Assembly (NCBI GenBank): GCA_951406725.2
Contig: OX597815.1
Coordinates: 8,494,001-8,558,000 of the forward strand
DNA from: Octopus vulgaris
Lineage: Eukaryota
Reading direction: 5' to 3'
Length of the DNA stretch: 64,000 nucleotides
Made by a program: the position numbers and the translations under genes. The notes beneath the pieces are model-generated. The model saw only the letters and a list, made by a program, of their open reading frames with translations. It searched no databases and had not been told where the DNA came from. Of this stretch, positions 11,974-24,010 are shown piece after piece; position 1 is the first letter of the stretch, and the number at the start of each line of letters is the position of its first letter.

Positions 11974-12383
11974 GGTATGTGAAGATAGTTAATGGAAGTG
12001 AATCAGGCCAGTGGTATGTGAAGACAACACTTAATTATTGCATTATATTTGTTTAAATAGGATATATAAAGCTGTGACAGGTTGTATAGTTTATCCATTT
12101 GTATGAATGGAGTTTGGGAATGTTATGAATTTGAATTCCAAACCAATTTGTATTATTACTGCTTGCAGTAATAATTATAGCTGCAGCTGTAGTAGTAGTA
12201 GTAGTAACAACAACAATAGAAGAACCAACGTCGGTAACCGGGTCGTACTGGTGCAGTGAAAATTTTGACACCTAAAGAAACAAACGAAAAGTCAATATAA
12301 ACGCAGTGATGTGATTGTACAAGTCAAACAGGACTCTCTTCTATGATATACGTGCAGTATACGATTATGTATGAATGTGTCTG

Positions 12384-12675
12384 GGTACTTCTAGCGAACA
12401 GTGGTCCCGCTGTGCGCACACGCGCAGTCGCGCATCTGCGCTAGCTAGTCGTAAGTAGTCGATCCTACAACGACTACCTAGCAAAGTATATAAAACACAA
12501 AATAAATAATTTTTTGGCACAAAGTAAATAATTTTTGTTTACACAAAGTAAATAAAACAAAAACACCAAGTAAATAATTTTTTAAACAAAATAACAAAAA
12601 CACAAAGTAAGGATCGACTAGTCATGACTAGATGCGCGAGTGCGCGCACCGGGACCACTGTTCTCACGTAGTACC
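12384..12675. mobile_element. MITE with GGTACT... termini (Merlin-like family M2), degraded copy
   Basis: TIR GGTACTTCTAGCGAACAGTGGTCCCG...; right end CGGGACCACTGTTC..GTAGTACC; flanks TGTGTCTG / TATATCTG; better copy at 46940. Confidence 0.8.
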
Positions 12676-12707
12676 TATATCTGTACTTATGCACATACGT
12701 ACGTACG

Positions 12708-13080
12708 CTTCATCCTTTCGGGGTCGATAAATTAAGTATCAGTTACGCACTGGAGTCGATGTAATCGACTTAATCCCTTTGTCTGTCCTTGTTTGTCCCC
12801 TCTGTCTTTAGCCCCTTGTGGGTAGTAAAGAAAAGAAAAAAGTGTATATATTTCTTTACTACCCACAAGGGGCTAAACACAGAGGGGACAAATAAGGACA
12901 GACAAAGGGATTAAGTCGATTACATCGACTACCCAGTGCGTAACTGGTACTTAATTTATCGACCCCGAAAGGATGAAAGGCAAAGTCGACCTCGGCGGAA
13001 TTTGAACCCAGAACGTAACGGCAGACGAAATACGGCTAAGCATTTCGCCCGGCGTGCTAACGTTTCTGCCAGCTCGTCGC
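12708..13080. mobile_element. Two Meta-domain SINEs tail-to-tail (12708-12835 +, 12848-13080 -)
   Basis: Same family B sequence in opposite orientations separated by about 12 bp. Confidence 0.87.
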
Positions 13081-13795
13081 GCAGAGACGCTCGTATACGC
13101 GCACACACACACGGGTACCTATACACACACGGGTACCTATACACACAAACATCCTCTGTCTCACACTGTCACACACGTACAGACGCACAACACGCATGTG
13201 TATATAATTGATTGTTTATCTATTCTAATTTGTCTTCTTCTGTTTATCGATACACCAGATGTTGTTTCTTTGATGCTCTGATCTTCTAACGAATTGAACA
13301 CGGCCGAGTCAAAGGCCTTCTCCATAATCAATAAATGTGAGGCCCAGCGGGAGATTGGTGTTGTGTGTATAGCCACCAGTGGAAAAGTCATTTCTTTTCA
13401 GAGTCATTATCTATTTTATTGACATATGCACGTTAATAGCTGCGTGTTTGTTTTATCGAAGCAAAGACGATTTCAATTGATCTGAAATCTATCTTTAGCA
13501 TAGTTTATTTCCATTTATATTTAGCATCTTTTAAAAGTATTTAACATACTTTTCCCTTGTTTTTGCAGTCCAAAATTATGCTGCTAGCGACTCTGAGTTA
13601 TTACTTGGCTCAGTTTTCTTCAGTTTTACAAAATAACTAAGGTTATAAAAAGCTTTCTACTCTCTCTGCGTATGTTTAAGTCTTATGTCTGTCCGGAGTC
13701 AAAGTAGGACAGCAACGTGCAGAAGAATTGAAACAGGAACACGTGTTCAATAGTTTCTGGTAAAAAAAAAAGCAAACCATAAAAAAAAAATATAG

Positions 13796-14227
13796 GGATC
13801 TTTTCGGTTTGAACGGCAGTTTTTTCTAGCGGTGTTATATGAAATTATCACCCATAATTATGACCCTAGTATCGATCTATTGCATTTCAATCTATTTTAG
13901 GGTTAGGGCTAGAGTTAGGGTTAGGGGTGGAGGAAGGGTATCTTTATTTCTTCAGAAATGTAAATAAACCCAATCTGTTTCTTAAACGAGGGACATATTC
14001 ATACGGCACAGAATGTTTTCACCTCAATAGACGTCATTGATTTGTTGAAATTGCAGAAATTGGAAAAACAAAACAAAAAACAAATATCTTACAAACTATA
14101 GAATTTTCTCAATAAAGCCAAGAGAAAAAGATGTTTTATAAACACATTCTACCAGCATACGAAGTTCAAAAGTGTTTAGTTACGTGGAAATTATTTTAAA
14201 AAACTGCCGGTCAAACCGAAAAGATCC
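13796..14227. mobile_element. MITE family M1 (GGATCTTTTC TIR, Merlin-like)
   Basis: TIR GGATCTTTTCGGTTTGAACGGCAGTTTTT / AAAACTGCCGGTCAAACCGAAAAGATCC; 8-bp flanks AAATATAG / AATTATAG; internal TTAGGG repeats. Confidence 0.9.
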
Positions 14228-14825
14228 AATTATAGTATTTAATTCAATGGATTAATTGTCGACTTCTTGAGATTATTTATCCTTATTTGGAGTTGTTGCA
14301 GTTGCTGCCAAATACGGATCTAGTTGGTTTGGCTGCCAACATTTCAAAAATTAAAGTTTATCGAAAATTTTAAAATTTGGGACAATAATATACTTTTCTC
14401 AGCTGAATTGTTGGAGTTACTTCACTTTTTCCAGAAAAATGCCTTTAAAAAGTTATAGAGGTTTCAATTTCGATCATTTTTACCCAGTTAGGAAACAGGA
14501 TTTGGAAGCTGTCATTTTGTGCGTGACTGCATATTTTGTCGTCAGCATCCTGAAAATAGCACGTGTTGTTAATATTTGTAAACAATATGTTTTGTAGTTT
14601 GAAGCATTCAATATGCATTTAATGCGATAGCACGAACTTAAAAGTTACACATCTCACAACCACCTTAATGATATGAAACGAGTAAACAAGTAGTTTTAAG
14701 CATTCAGTATGCATTTAATGCAAAAGCGATGAACAACACGTTACATGCGATGAACATATTACAATTTCTCCCCAACAAATGGTTTCAATACAGTCTTAAG
14801 AGAAAGATTTGGAAGAATTAAAGGT

Positions 14826-15385
14826 AAGTTCGGCAAGACCTTGCCCCACCCCAACCACATTAAAAAAAACATTTTTCTTTTTTTTTTTTCGACACAAACC
14901 CCACTTTTCAGTTACGGGTAATATAAATCTGCAAAAAAAAAAAAATTGCCAAAAATCGACATTTCTAAGTTACCACCCTCATTTCCTTCATTTTAAAACT
15001 TTTTTCATAATTTTTTTTTTCAAAATATGCGGAAAAATACAGAGATTATGATTCTGAAAAAAATTTCAAAAAATTTTCAAAAATTTTATTTAAAGAATTT
15101 TTTTTTCAAAATATGCGGAAAAATACGGACATCATGATTCGGACAAAAATTTCAAAACATTTATGTACTTATGGTTAGGGTTAGGGTTTTAGGGTTAGTG
15201 TTGGGGAAAAAGTCAAAATTGAAGTTGGGGGAAAAGGTGGCGGGGAATTTCACAATGCCGATTTTTGGCAATTTTCTGGAACCTCCTCATCCGAAAACGG
15301 GGATTTTTGGCAAAAAAATTACAAAAATAAACAAATTTGGGAGAAAATGAAGGTGGGTGGGGCGGAAGTCTTTCCGAAAGTTCTT
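14826..15385. mobile_element. Degenerate TIR element with internal TTAGGG repeats
   Basis: TTCGGCAAGACCTTGCCCCACCC near 14829 is imperfectly inverted at GGGTGGGGCGGAAGTCTTTCCGAA near 15355-15378; internal tandem duplication and GGTTAGGGTTAGGGTTTTAGGGTTAG. Confidence 0.5.
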
Positions 15386-15660
15386 CGGTAATTTTCTTTC
15401 ATGCAAATAAATATTTAGGTTAATTTAAAATATTTATCTAAAAAAAAAACGCTGTTTAGCACACCTCACAACAAAAAGAAACGAGTAGACAAGTAGTTTT
15501 AATCATTCAATATGCATCTGATGTAAATGCGATGACCAACACGTTACAAATTAAATATTTAATAAAAAAAATCAAACATTTTGTTGACCAGTTTCTAAAT
15601 TCACATGCTCAATTGTCAACAGACAGGTAAAACAAGCGGTTTCAATATATTTGTCAACAC

Positions 15661-16050
15661 AGGGCGGCGAGCTGGCAGAATCGTTAGCACGCCGGGCGAA
15701 ATGCTTAGCGTTCTGAGTTCAAATTCCAGGGTCGACTTTGCCTTTTATCCTCTCGGGGTCGATTAAATAAGTACCAGTTACGCACTGGGGTCGATGTAAT
15801 CGACTTAATCCGTTTGTCTGTCCTTGTTTGTCCCCTCTTTGTTTAGACCGTTGTGGGTAGTAAAGAAATAGGTATTTCGTCTGCCGCTACGTTCTGAGTT
15901 CAAATTCTGCCGAGGTTGACTTTGCCTTTCATCCTTTCGGGGTCGATTAAATAAGTACCAGTTATGTACTGGGGTCGATGTAATCGACTTAATCCCTTTG
16001 TCCTTGTTTGTCACCTCTATGTTTAGCCTCCTATGGGAAATAAAGAAATG
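15661..16050 (+). mobile_element. Meta-domain SINE (family B), dimer
   Basis: Head GGCGGCGAGCTGGCAGAATCGTTAGC; perfect 17-bp TSD AATATATTTGTCAACAC at 15644-15660 and 16051-16067. Confidence 0.92.
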
Positions 16051-16364
16051 AATATATTTGTCAACACGTGCTTTCTTACAGACAAAAGAGTTCTCCTGTC
16101 CCGTTTGTTACTATGGAAACAAGTATGAATGCGTCTGTGACTAACTCTTTATTGATTTATAGTGAAAATGATTTTCACGGCGTTCATTAGCCAAGAAAAG
16201 TGTATCATTACACTGAATATGCAATCAATTCGAACAGAATTGATGCTGGCAGCCAAACCGACTAGATCCCTAAATATTAATTCCATTGGTTCAGTTGAAT
16301 TATTTTCTTTAGCTCCTTTTATGTTTTTTATTATGTATATTATTACTGGTTAAAAATATACTTA

Positions 16365-16886
16365 CCGTAAATCCTCAAGTATAGTGCGCCCTTGAATATA
16401 ATACGCAGGGAATTTTTAGGGGGCTGTACCCCTGAAAAACCTAAACATTGTGTATAATACGCACCCCTTCTCTAACTTGAGTCGTGCGTAATTAAGCCAG
16501 CAGCACCTAGTCGAACAAAAACTTCCCCGCATGCGTAATACAATAATGGTGATGTTCTTAACTGTTATATGGGAATGTAAATATGTTTGCAAATTGTTTT
16601 TGTTACATGTTATTCTGTGTTCTGAATACTTTTATTTTAATAAATGTTGCTTACTGCAAGTTATGGATGATTCTTTTGTGACTTCATTGCTATCAGGCTT
16701 AGCTTAAGGTATTTTCGCGCTCGACATCACAAAATGCGTCTGAATAAACATTGCTGGACAGCAAATAGAGACTCGGACATTGCTTAAAAAATATTTCTAA
16801 TTTTTAACCTCGTATATAGTACGCACTAGGGATTTTGACCTTTAAATTTTTGGAAAAAAATGCGGGTTATACTCGAGGATTTACGG
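16365..16886. mobile_element. Tc1/mariner-superfamily MITE (CCGTA termini, Tc2/pogo-like)
   Basis: TA|CCGTAAATCCTCAAGTATA ... TATACTCGAGGATTTACGG|TA; second copy at 24749-25267. Confidence 0.9.
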
Positions 16887-17139
16887 TAATTCTTTTTCTA
16901 TGTGAAAAAAGAAATAATTGATCTTCAGGCAAAGTAGATCTGTACTCGGTTCATGAAGCTTTATAGAACTAAACACTGGTGTGTCATTCTCCCTTGAGTC
17001 TAAAAGAAGAAAAGATAAAACTGTCTTTTCTTTAAGCATGTAAATTTACGGAAGAATTTACCTTTAATTTCATGAAACGTTTTCCCTTCTACCAGTGGCA
17101 TATATTTGGAAGAGAAAAAAAAAAACGAAAAAATTATAC

Positions 17140-17650
17140 TGTAGCGAGGCCTACAATTAGAACCTTACATGTTCAGTGATGAGGGTCAGACCATGCTTGG
17201 ATAATGTAACGTCAACCAATCAGCTTGCAGAAATCTCACACCATGTTATAGAATGTTCTGTTATTATCCAGGTGTTCCTGCGTAGAGGCCATAAAAGTGA
17301 AAGCGCGCCAGAATTAGCGCAGTGATTCGAGAAGGTTCCAGAGAAGATAAACGAAAACAGAACTCTTGGTCACTGCTCGACCTGTGTTTAAAAGAATTAC
17401 TTCGTCTTCAATGCACTTCTCAAAGTACGTACCATGAACACTGTAATTTTAGGTGGAGTCAGTGGTCACCAGTTGTAACAGTAAATGTTGGAGTCGGCAG
17501 TTAACAATTGTAACGGGTGTTGATGTTGCAGATGTGCAAGATTAAAGAAGAACTGTGATCAAAGTTGTAAACAAACGTTTATTTACTGTTGCTTTGTATA
17601 TCGCCAAAAGTATGACTGGCTGGTATGAATAATATAATTCGTAAAGCATG
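17140..17650 (-). mobile_element. Possible LTR-retrotransposon remnant
   Basis: Minus strand reads TGTTACA-AC-TGGTGACC at 17480-17464 (LTR end plus PBS-like) with AATAAA upstream; TGTAGCG terminus at 17140. No second LTR or coding region found. Confidence 0.3.
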
Positions 17651-17651
17651 C

Positions 17652-18002
17652 GAGTTAAGTTAAGTTAAGTTAATTTTTTGGCTCAAAAAGCAAAAAGCAA
17701 GGCCATGTAGGGGGACATGGAGTTATGTACGGGAGGGTGTTCATGCAAAGAGTTCAGGCCATTTCTGGTCAAGAGAGACTTTGAACCGAGCGGTCGTCGG
17801 CATCTTCACCATCTCGTCCGGCAGCTTATTCCACTGATCCGCAACCCGGACGGAGAAAGCCCCTCTCCTTCGATTGAGATGAAATCGTCGCAGATAGAGC
17901 TTTTCGGAGTGACCCCGCAGCCGACGACGCTCTGAAGCAGGAGTGAAGAACAGCTCTTTCGAGAGGTTACACTTTCCGCTTATGATGCTGTGAGCGAGAA
18001 TG
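17652..18002 (-). mobile_element. CR1-clade LINE 3' end
   Basis: Minus strand encodes RLRGHSEKLYLRRFHLNRRRGAFSVRVADQWNKLPDEMV...FKVSLDQKW (RGHxxKL, FSxRVxxxWNxLP); (TAACT)n tail; second copy at 48865. Confidence 0.88.
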
Positions 18003-18648
18003 AGTTAAAGAGAGATATCGTAGATTTTCCTTGTATAGTCTGTCTTTGTGTTCTCGTCATTGTGTAATAGTTAAATCACAGATAGTGATAGGGTAGTGTT
18101 GAAGAGAAAAGAAAGTGAGCCAGTGAAAGAGAGTCGAGGGAAGTTGTATGTCTCATGGTGGCTGATTGTTTTCCTTCTCCCTCTGGCCGTTTGTCTCAAG
18201 TGGTTGTCTGCCCTGTGGCCATCTCTAGTCGCTTCCGTCCATCATCTGATTTTGGCTTATGGAGTTCTTGTATACAAGAACTATACAAAACTAGTTAGAA
18301 GGAGAGACATTTTGTTGAGAACAATAGATTTCGCTGGGGGTCGACTTGTTATCTCAATTCTAACTTTACGAAGGCCTAGAAGACGTTAGGAGGGTCAAGT
18401 GGCAAAGACATAAACCGACTTGGCAAAGCCATATGTTAAATGTAATTTACTGTCATTATTGTTTCTCTGTGAGAAAAATGCTGTTGAAATATTATGGGAA
18501 ATTGGCAGATTCAGGTTCGAATCTACTCTATGCCTAGATGAAGTCAGTACAACACCATATCCTCCCCTCTCACCACACAAATAAGTAGCCAGCAATTCTT
18601 TGTCAAAAGCGAACCAGAGGCGCACATAGGTTGCACAGACAACAAGTT

Positions 18649-18725
18649 GGATCTTTTCCTTTTGAACGGCAGTTTGTAACATAATTTCTACTAGAAATTG
18701 TCTGCCGTTCAAAAGGAAAAGATCC
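18649..18725. mobile_element. 77-bp minimal MITE of family M1
   Basis: GGATCTTTTCCTTTGAACGGCAG ... CTGCCGTTCAAAAGGAAAAGATCC with perfect 8-bp TSD AACAAGTT (18641-18648, 18726-18733). Confidence 0.92.
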
Positions 18726-19099
18726 AACAAGTTTGTAAGAGACAAGGTCCTTTGTTGCATCTCAACTTTAGGCTAAAGGAACTGTCGACTATGGAGAACA
18801 ATATTTTCCCCGCCTCTCATGCGAAGCTATTAATTTATGTTATTAAGGCAACTACAAACAACTCTCTACTTTTCCTACGTTACACTTCTGGCAAGCAACT
18901 ATGTAATTAAGTAACTACTGTGATGTACTCCTGCAAAAATAAATGTTAATCAAGGAACATTTGGAGTCAGTTTTTGTAACGGGACAGCACGCAGCCTAAC
19001 GTTATAATACGAATATACCAATTAATAAAGCCCCCATCGAACCATTCTCCACAGAACTAAATAACACATGCAAAAAATAATTTTCTGATTTATTGAAAC

Positions 19100-19205
19100 C
19101 ACACACACACATGCACACACACGCATACACACACATGCACACACACACATACATACACACATGCACACACATGCACAGACACATGCATACACACACGCAC
19201 ACACA

Positions 19206-19245
<40 letters not shown>

Positions 19246-19356
19246 CACACACACATGCACACACACGCATACACACATGCTCAAACATGCATACACACAC
19301 AAGCATACACACACGCACACACACACATGCACACACACACACATGCACACACACAT

Positions 19357-19411
<55 letters not shown>

Positions 19412-19446
19412 ACACACACCACACACACCACACACACGCACATACA
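19100..19446. repeat. (CA)n compound microsatellite
   Basis: About 350 bp of CA/CATG repeats. Confidence 0.97.
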
Positions 19447-19582
19447 ATTTTACCGGGAATGCCTTAAAATTGAACAAGTGTTTTATATACATGGTTTTAT
19501 GTTTCTTCACATTTCTTGAAGTAAATGCTTTCCCTTTTGTTAGAATTCAGACAATAAGTACATTGAGTAGTAAAGAGACTTG

Positions 19583-20008
19583 GGATCTTTCGGTTTGACC
19601 GGCAGTTTTTAACATAATTTCTAGGTAACTAAAAAATTTTAAACTTCGTATACTGGTAGAATGTGTTTATAAAACATCTTTTTCTCTTGGCTTTATTGAG
19701 AAAATACTATGGTTTGTAAGATATTTGTAGTTTTTTTTCTTCAATTTCTGCAATTTCAACCAATCAATGACGTCCATTGAGGTAAAAAACATTCTGTGCC
19801 GTATGAATATGTCCCTCGTTTAAAAAACAGATTGGGTTTATTTACATTTGTGAAGAAAAAAAGATACCCTTTCCCCCACCCCTAACCCTAACTAACCCTA
19901 ACCCTAAAACAGATTGAAATGCAATAGATCTATACTAGGGTCATAATTATGGGTGACAATTTCATATGACACCGCTAGAAAAAACTGCCGGTCAAACCAG
20001 AAAGATCC
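19583..20008. mobile_element. MITE family M1 (inverted relative to 13796 copy)
   Basis: GGATCTTTCGGTTTGACCGGCAG TIRs; 8-bp flanks GAGACTTG / GAGTCTTG; internal CCCTAA repeats. Confidence 0.9.
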
Positions 20009-20282
20009 GAGTCTTGTGTTCTGTTATTCTATTATTGGTGTTAAGGTTGATTTATTTTCATTTTCAAATTTCAAAATTATTCTAAAGACGCGGAAAATAA
20101 TTGAAACATACGGAACATGCTATTGTGAGGAACATAGATTTTTTGACACCGTTTTTCGATTGAATATATTTTGTTTATTTAAAAATTGGAATTTTGGAAA
20201 AAATTTTTTTTTTTACAACCGCGATTTCCGTTTCTGTTTCCGTTAAATAATAAAGAAAAAAAAAAATTAAGACATTTTTTTT

Positions 20283-20494
20283 TTCTTTTACTTGTTTCAG
20301 TCATTTGACTGCGGCCATGCTGCAGCACCGCCTTTAATCGAGCAACTCTATCCCGGGACTTATTCTTTTGTAAGTCCAGTACTTATTCTATCGGTCTCTT
20401 TTGCCGAACCGCTAAGTAACGGGGACATAAACACACCAGCATCGGTTGTCAAGCAATGCTAGGGGGACAAACACAGACACACAAACACACACAG

Positions 20495-20566
<72 letters not shown>

Positions 20567-20728
20567 GACGGGCTTCTTTCAGTTTCCGTCTACCAAATCC
20601 ACTCATAAGGCTTTGGTCGGCCCGAGGCTATAGCAGAACACACTTGCCCAAGGTGCCACGCAGTGGGACTGAACCCGGAACCATGTGGTTGGTAAACAAG
20701 CTACTTACCACACAGCCACTCCTGCGCC
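20283..20728 (-). mobile_element. CORE-type SINE (family A), full length
   Basis: Reverse complement of GGCGCAGGAGTGGCTGTGTGG...GAAACAAGTAAAAG with central (TA)n(TG)n. Confidence 0.9.
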
Positions 20729-20897
20729 TAATTGTTATTTCTAGCATGTGGAGAGACCATCTAGGCTTAACTTTATGTACTGGTTGAAAATCACCTAAAA
20801 AAAAAGATTCTGGGGTCGATACATTTTGCTAAAAATTCTTCAAGGCGGTGCTCCAGCATGGCCGCAGTCCAGTGACTGAAACAAGTAAAAAGATTTT

Positions 20898-21240
20898 GGA
20901 TCTTTTCCCTTTGAACGGCAGATGGAGAAATTAATTTTTTGTAACTAAACACTTTCAAACTTCGGACACTGGTAGAATGTATCATATAAAACATCTTTTA
21001 TTCTTAGCGTTTTTGAGAAAAGCTTGTATTTTCAGGAAGTTATTTCGTGTTAAAGTTGTCGTATTTCGGTAATTTCAACCAATCAATGATGTGTATTCAG
21101 CACAATGAAATTACTGCTGTTATTTGTCAACAACAACTTCCGGCGGTGTATATTTCGGTTGTCACTGTTATTTATGACATAATTCATTTCAATAAACGAG
21201 TGTATCTGAAGCATGTTTACTTCATGGCACCACCATAATC
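20898..21240. mobile_element. MITE family M1-related, one end only
   Basis: GGATCTTTTCCCTTTGAACGGCAG terminus and M1-like subterminal sequence; similar partial ends at about 22800-22939 and 55212-55501. Confidence 0.65.
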
Positions 21241-21351
21241 GTTCAGTCCCACTGCGTGGCACCTTGGGCAAGTGTCTTCTACTATAGCCTCGGGCTGACC
21301 AAAGCCTTGTGAGTGGATTTGGTAGACGGAAACTGAAAGAAGCCCGTCGTA

Positions 21352-21433
<82 letters not shown>

Positions 21434-21645
21434 GGTGTGTATATGTTTGTGTCTGTGTTGGTCCCCCCACCATTGCTTGACAACCGATGTTGGTGTGTTT
21501 ACGTCCCCGTAACTTAACGGTTCGGCAAAAGAGGCTGATAGTACAAGTACTAGGCTTACAAAGAATAAGTCCTGGGGTCGATTTGTTCGACTAGAGGTAG
21601 TGCTCCAGCATGGCGGCAGTCAAATGATTGAAACAAATAAAATAA

Positions 21646-21648
<3 letters not shown>
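21241..21648 (+). mobile_element. CORE-type SINE (family A), 5'-truncated
   Basis: Starts at GTTCAGTCCCACTGCGTGGCACCTTGGGCAAG; family A body and tail. Confidence 0.88.
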
Positions 21649-21699
<51 letters not shown>

Positions 21700-21700
<1 letters not shown>

Positions 21701-22096
21701 TAGCAGTATCGCCCGGCGTTGCTCGGGTTTGTAAGGGAAATAACTATATAAGCATTTTTAGAGAGTTATAACCAAAAAATAGCAAGAAAATGCATTAAAA
21801 ATGGAAATAAAATGATGGTAAATTTTTTTAAAAATCGGTGACTCATCGTAGACATTTTTAGAGAGTTACTTCCCTTATATAATAGCGAAAAAAATGCATT
21901 AAAATGGGAAGAAAATGATGGTAAATTTTTTTTTTAATCGTAGACTCATCGTAGACGCGCGCTAATACCCAGAAGGGCTCGATATGAATCACGACTATAA
22001 GATACCCGGTCTTGGTTAAACTGCACCGCAAAATGTGGGAGTAGTTAGGAATCTAAATCGTAGGAGACAGGCACACAACTTCACTTTTATATATAA

Positions 22097-22099
<3 letters not shown>
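21700..22099 (-). mobile_element. Non-autonomous Helitron
   Basis: CTAGCAGTATCGCCCGGCGTTGCTCGGG (reverse of 3' hairpin + CTAG) to TTTTATATATAAAGA (reverse of 5' TC end). Confidence 0.88.
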
Positions 22100-22165
<66 letters not shown>

Positions 22166-22650
22166 TAAACACACATATACTCACACACACAGACAACTCA
22201 CATACACACACACATGCACACAACATAAGTTGGACGCAAAAGAAAATAAATAATTAATTGAAATCAAGTTGAAAAGACTGTCTAAAATTAGTATTTCCCG
22301 CCTTTGGATGATTGATTAATCGATCTGAGGTTGCGGTAAAAAAAGTATTGAAAACTAGTCAGGTCAATCACCGGTTTTTTATAGCTTAAAATAACCGATC
22401 GTCCGATTGCTGTATCTAATCTTGATCGCGACACTAAAACTGTTTCCTAAAACCTCGATCCGAAATTTTCACTTTACATCTCTTTCTCATCGACTTTGAC
22501 AATCCGCCAAATAAAACTGTTTTACACCATGATATTTAGCTGTCTCTTTTGACTTGGTTTAGATTATTTAGGATGCATTGTGACCAGTAGTGAGTCTTTT
22601 ATAACTGCGAGTTACTGTACATCGGTGCAATATTACAGAATAAATATTAA

Positions 22651-22681
<31 letters not shown>

Positions 22682-23532
22682 TGAAGACTGTGCCACAGGC
22701 AAAACTCAGCGTGATCACTGTGACCGATCAGGCTATCAGATGTTGCACACATCACTGGTCACAATGCATCCTAAATAATATAAAACAAGTCAACAAATAG
22801 CTTACGAACTTCAGAATTTTCTCAAGAAAGCCAAGAGAAAACGTTGTTTTATAAACACATTCTACCAGTATACGAAGTTTAAAAGTGTTTAGTTACAAAA
22901 AATAATTTTTTAAATCTGCCAGTCAAAGTGAAAAGATCCCTATTTTTTGTGTAGAATCGCAAACTTCTATGTTTAAAACTTTGAAAATTATATATATAAA
23001 AAAGTTATTGATTGGTGTGCGGTTTGAAACTAAGTGGAACAGAAAGAATGATAAACGATTATAATTTTGAAGAACGTTTCTAATCTGAAGAGTTGTTTAA
23101 AAAGAAAAATATATAAACGACATAAAAGTTGTATGGCATGTTTATCCAAAATTTCGTCAAATTGTTTAATATTAGAGCATTAGACATTCCATACTTGAAC
23201 CACATTGCATCAATATGGAGCATCCAAATTCTTGCAAAGAATAATTGCGGATCTTTTCTTCACCATGAGTCTGTGAGGTGAAACTATAAGTGGTTCATGG
23301 GTGTTAAAAAAATCTCATATATATATATATGTATGTGCAAGTGTGTGTTGTTAATTCACACACACATGCACGCACAAAAAGATTTGGTGCAACAAACAGG
23401 TGACACAGAAATCATTACGTTAAAAGAAGAGCATAAATATTTAACTTAACTGTATCGCTACATAAGTAACTTATGTCAAACACTTCCGATACACACACGC
23501 ACATGTATATGTGTGTACATACCCATTTCACT

Positions 23533-23571
<39 letters not shown>

Positions 23572-23649
23572 CAAAATAATAAATAAAACATATGCATATA
23601 TACATATATATATGTACGTACCTACATCTATATGTATGTATACATGCAT

Positions 23650-23953
23650 ATATAGGTACAAGACACCAAAAAAAAAAAAACGTCGAACACAATGAGAAAC
23701 GAAAACATAAAAACAGAACCATGGAAACGGACATCTTTTTAAACAACGAAAAAACAGGGTACAAGACATACAACACAAGGAAAATTCCCCTTCTTCAGCT
23801 GCCTCCGTTTCGTCTACTCCGCATTTCGAAGGTAAAGGCGAGACACGACTTCGGTGAAACGGTCCTTCCCACAAATAATTTGAGATTTTTTGCGGAGGGG
23901 TAAAAGTGGTAACAAAAACAGGACAGTAAAAACAATAGAAGGCAGTAAAAATA

Positions 23954-23956
<3 letters not shown>
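23650..23956 (-). mobile_element. Unclassified insert in (TA)n, possibly a Penelope-like terminal repeat
   Basis: Non-repetitive 300 bp between TA-rich microsatellites with degenerate hammerhead-like motifs on the minus strand. Confidence 0.4.

Positions 23957-24009
<53 letters not shown>

Positions 24010-24010
<1 letters not shown>

Noticed and set aside
15172-15197. Telomere or chromosome-fusion site
   Set aside because: Only a few TTAGGG units, always inside TIR elements.
19002-19598. Long Cys/Val or His/Thr-rich ORFs (also 20412-21512, 23415-23776, 31044-31535, 37068-37646)
   Set aside because: Translations of CA/TA microsatellites.
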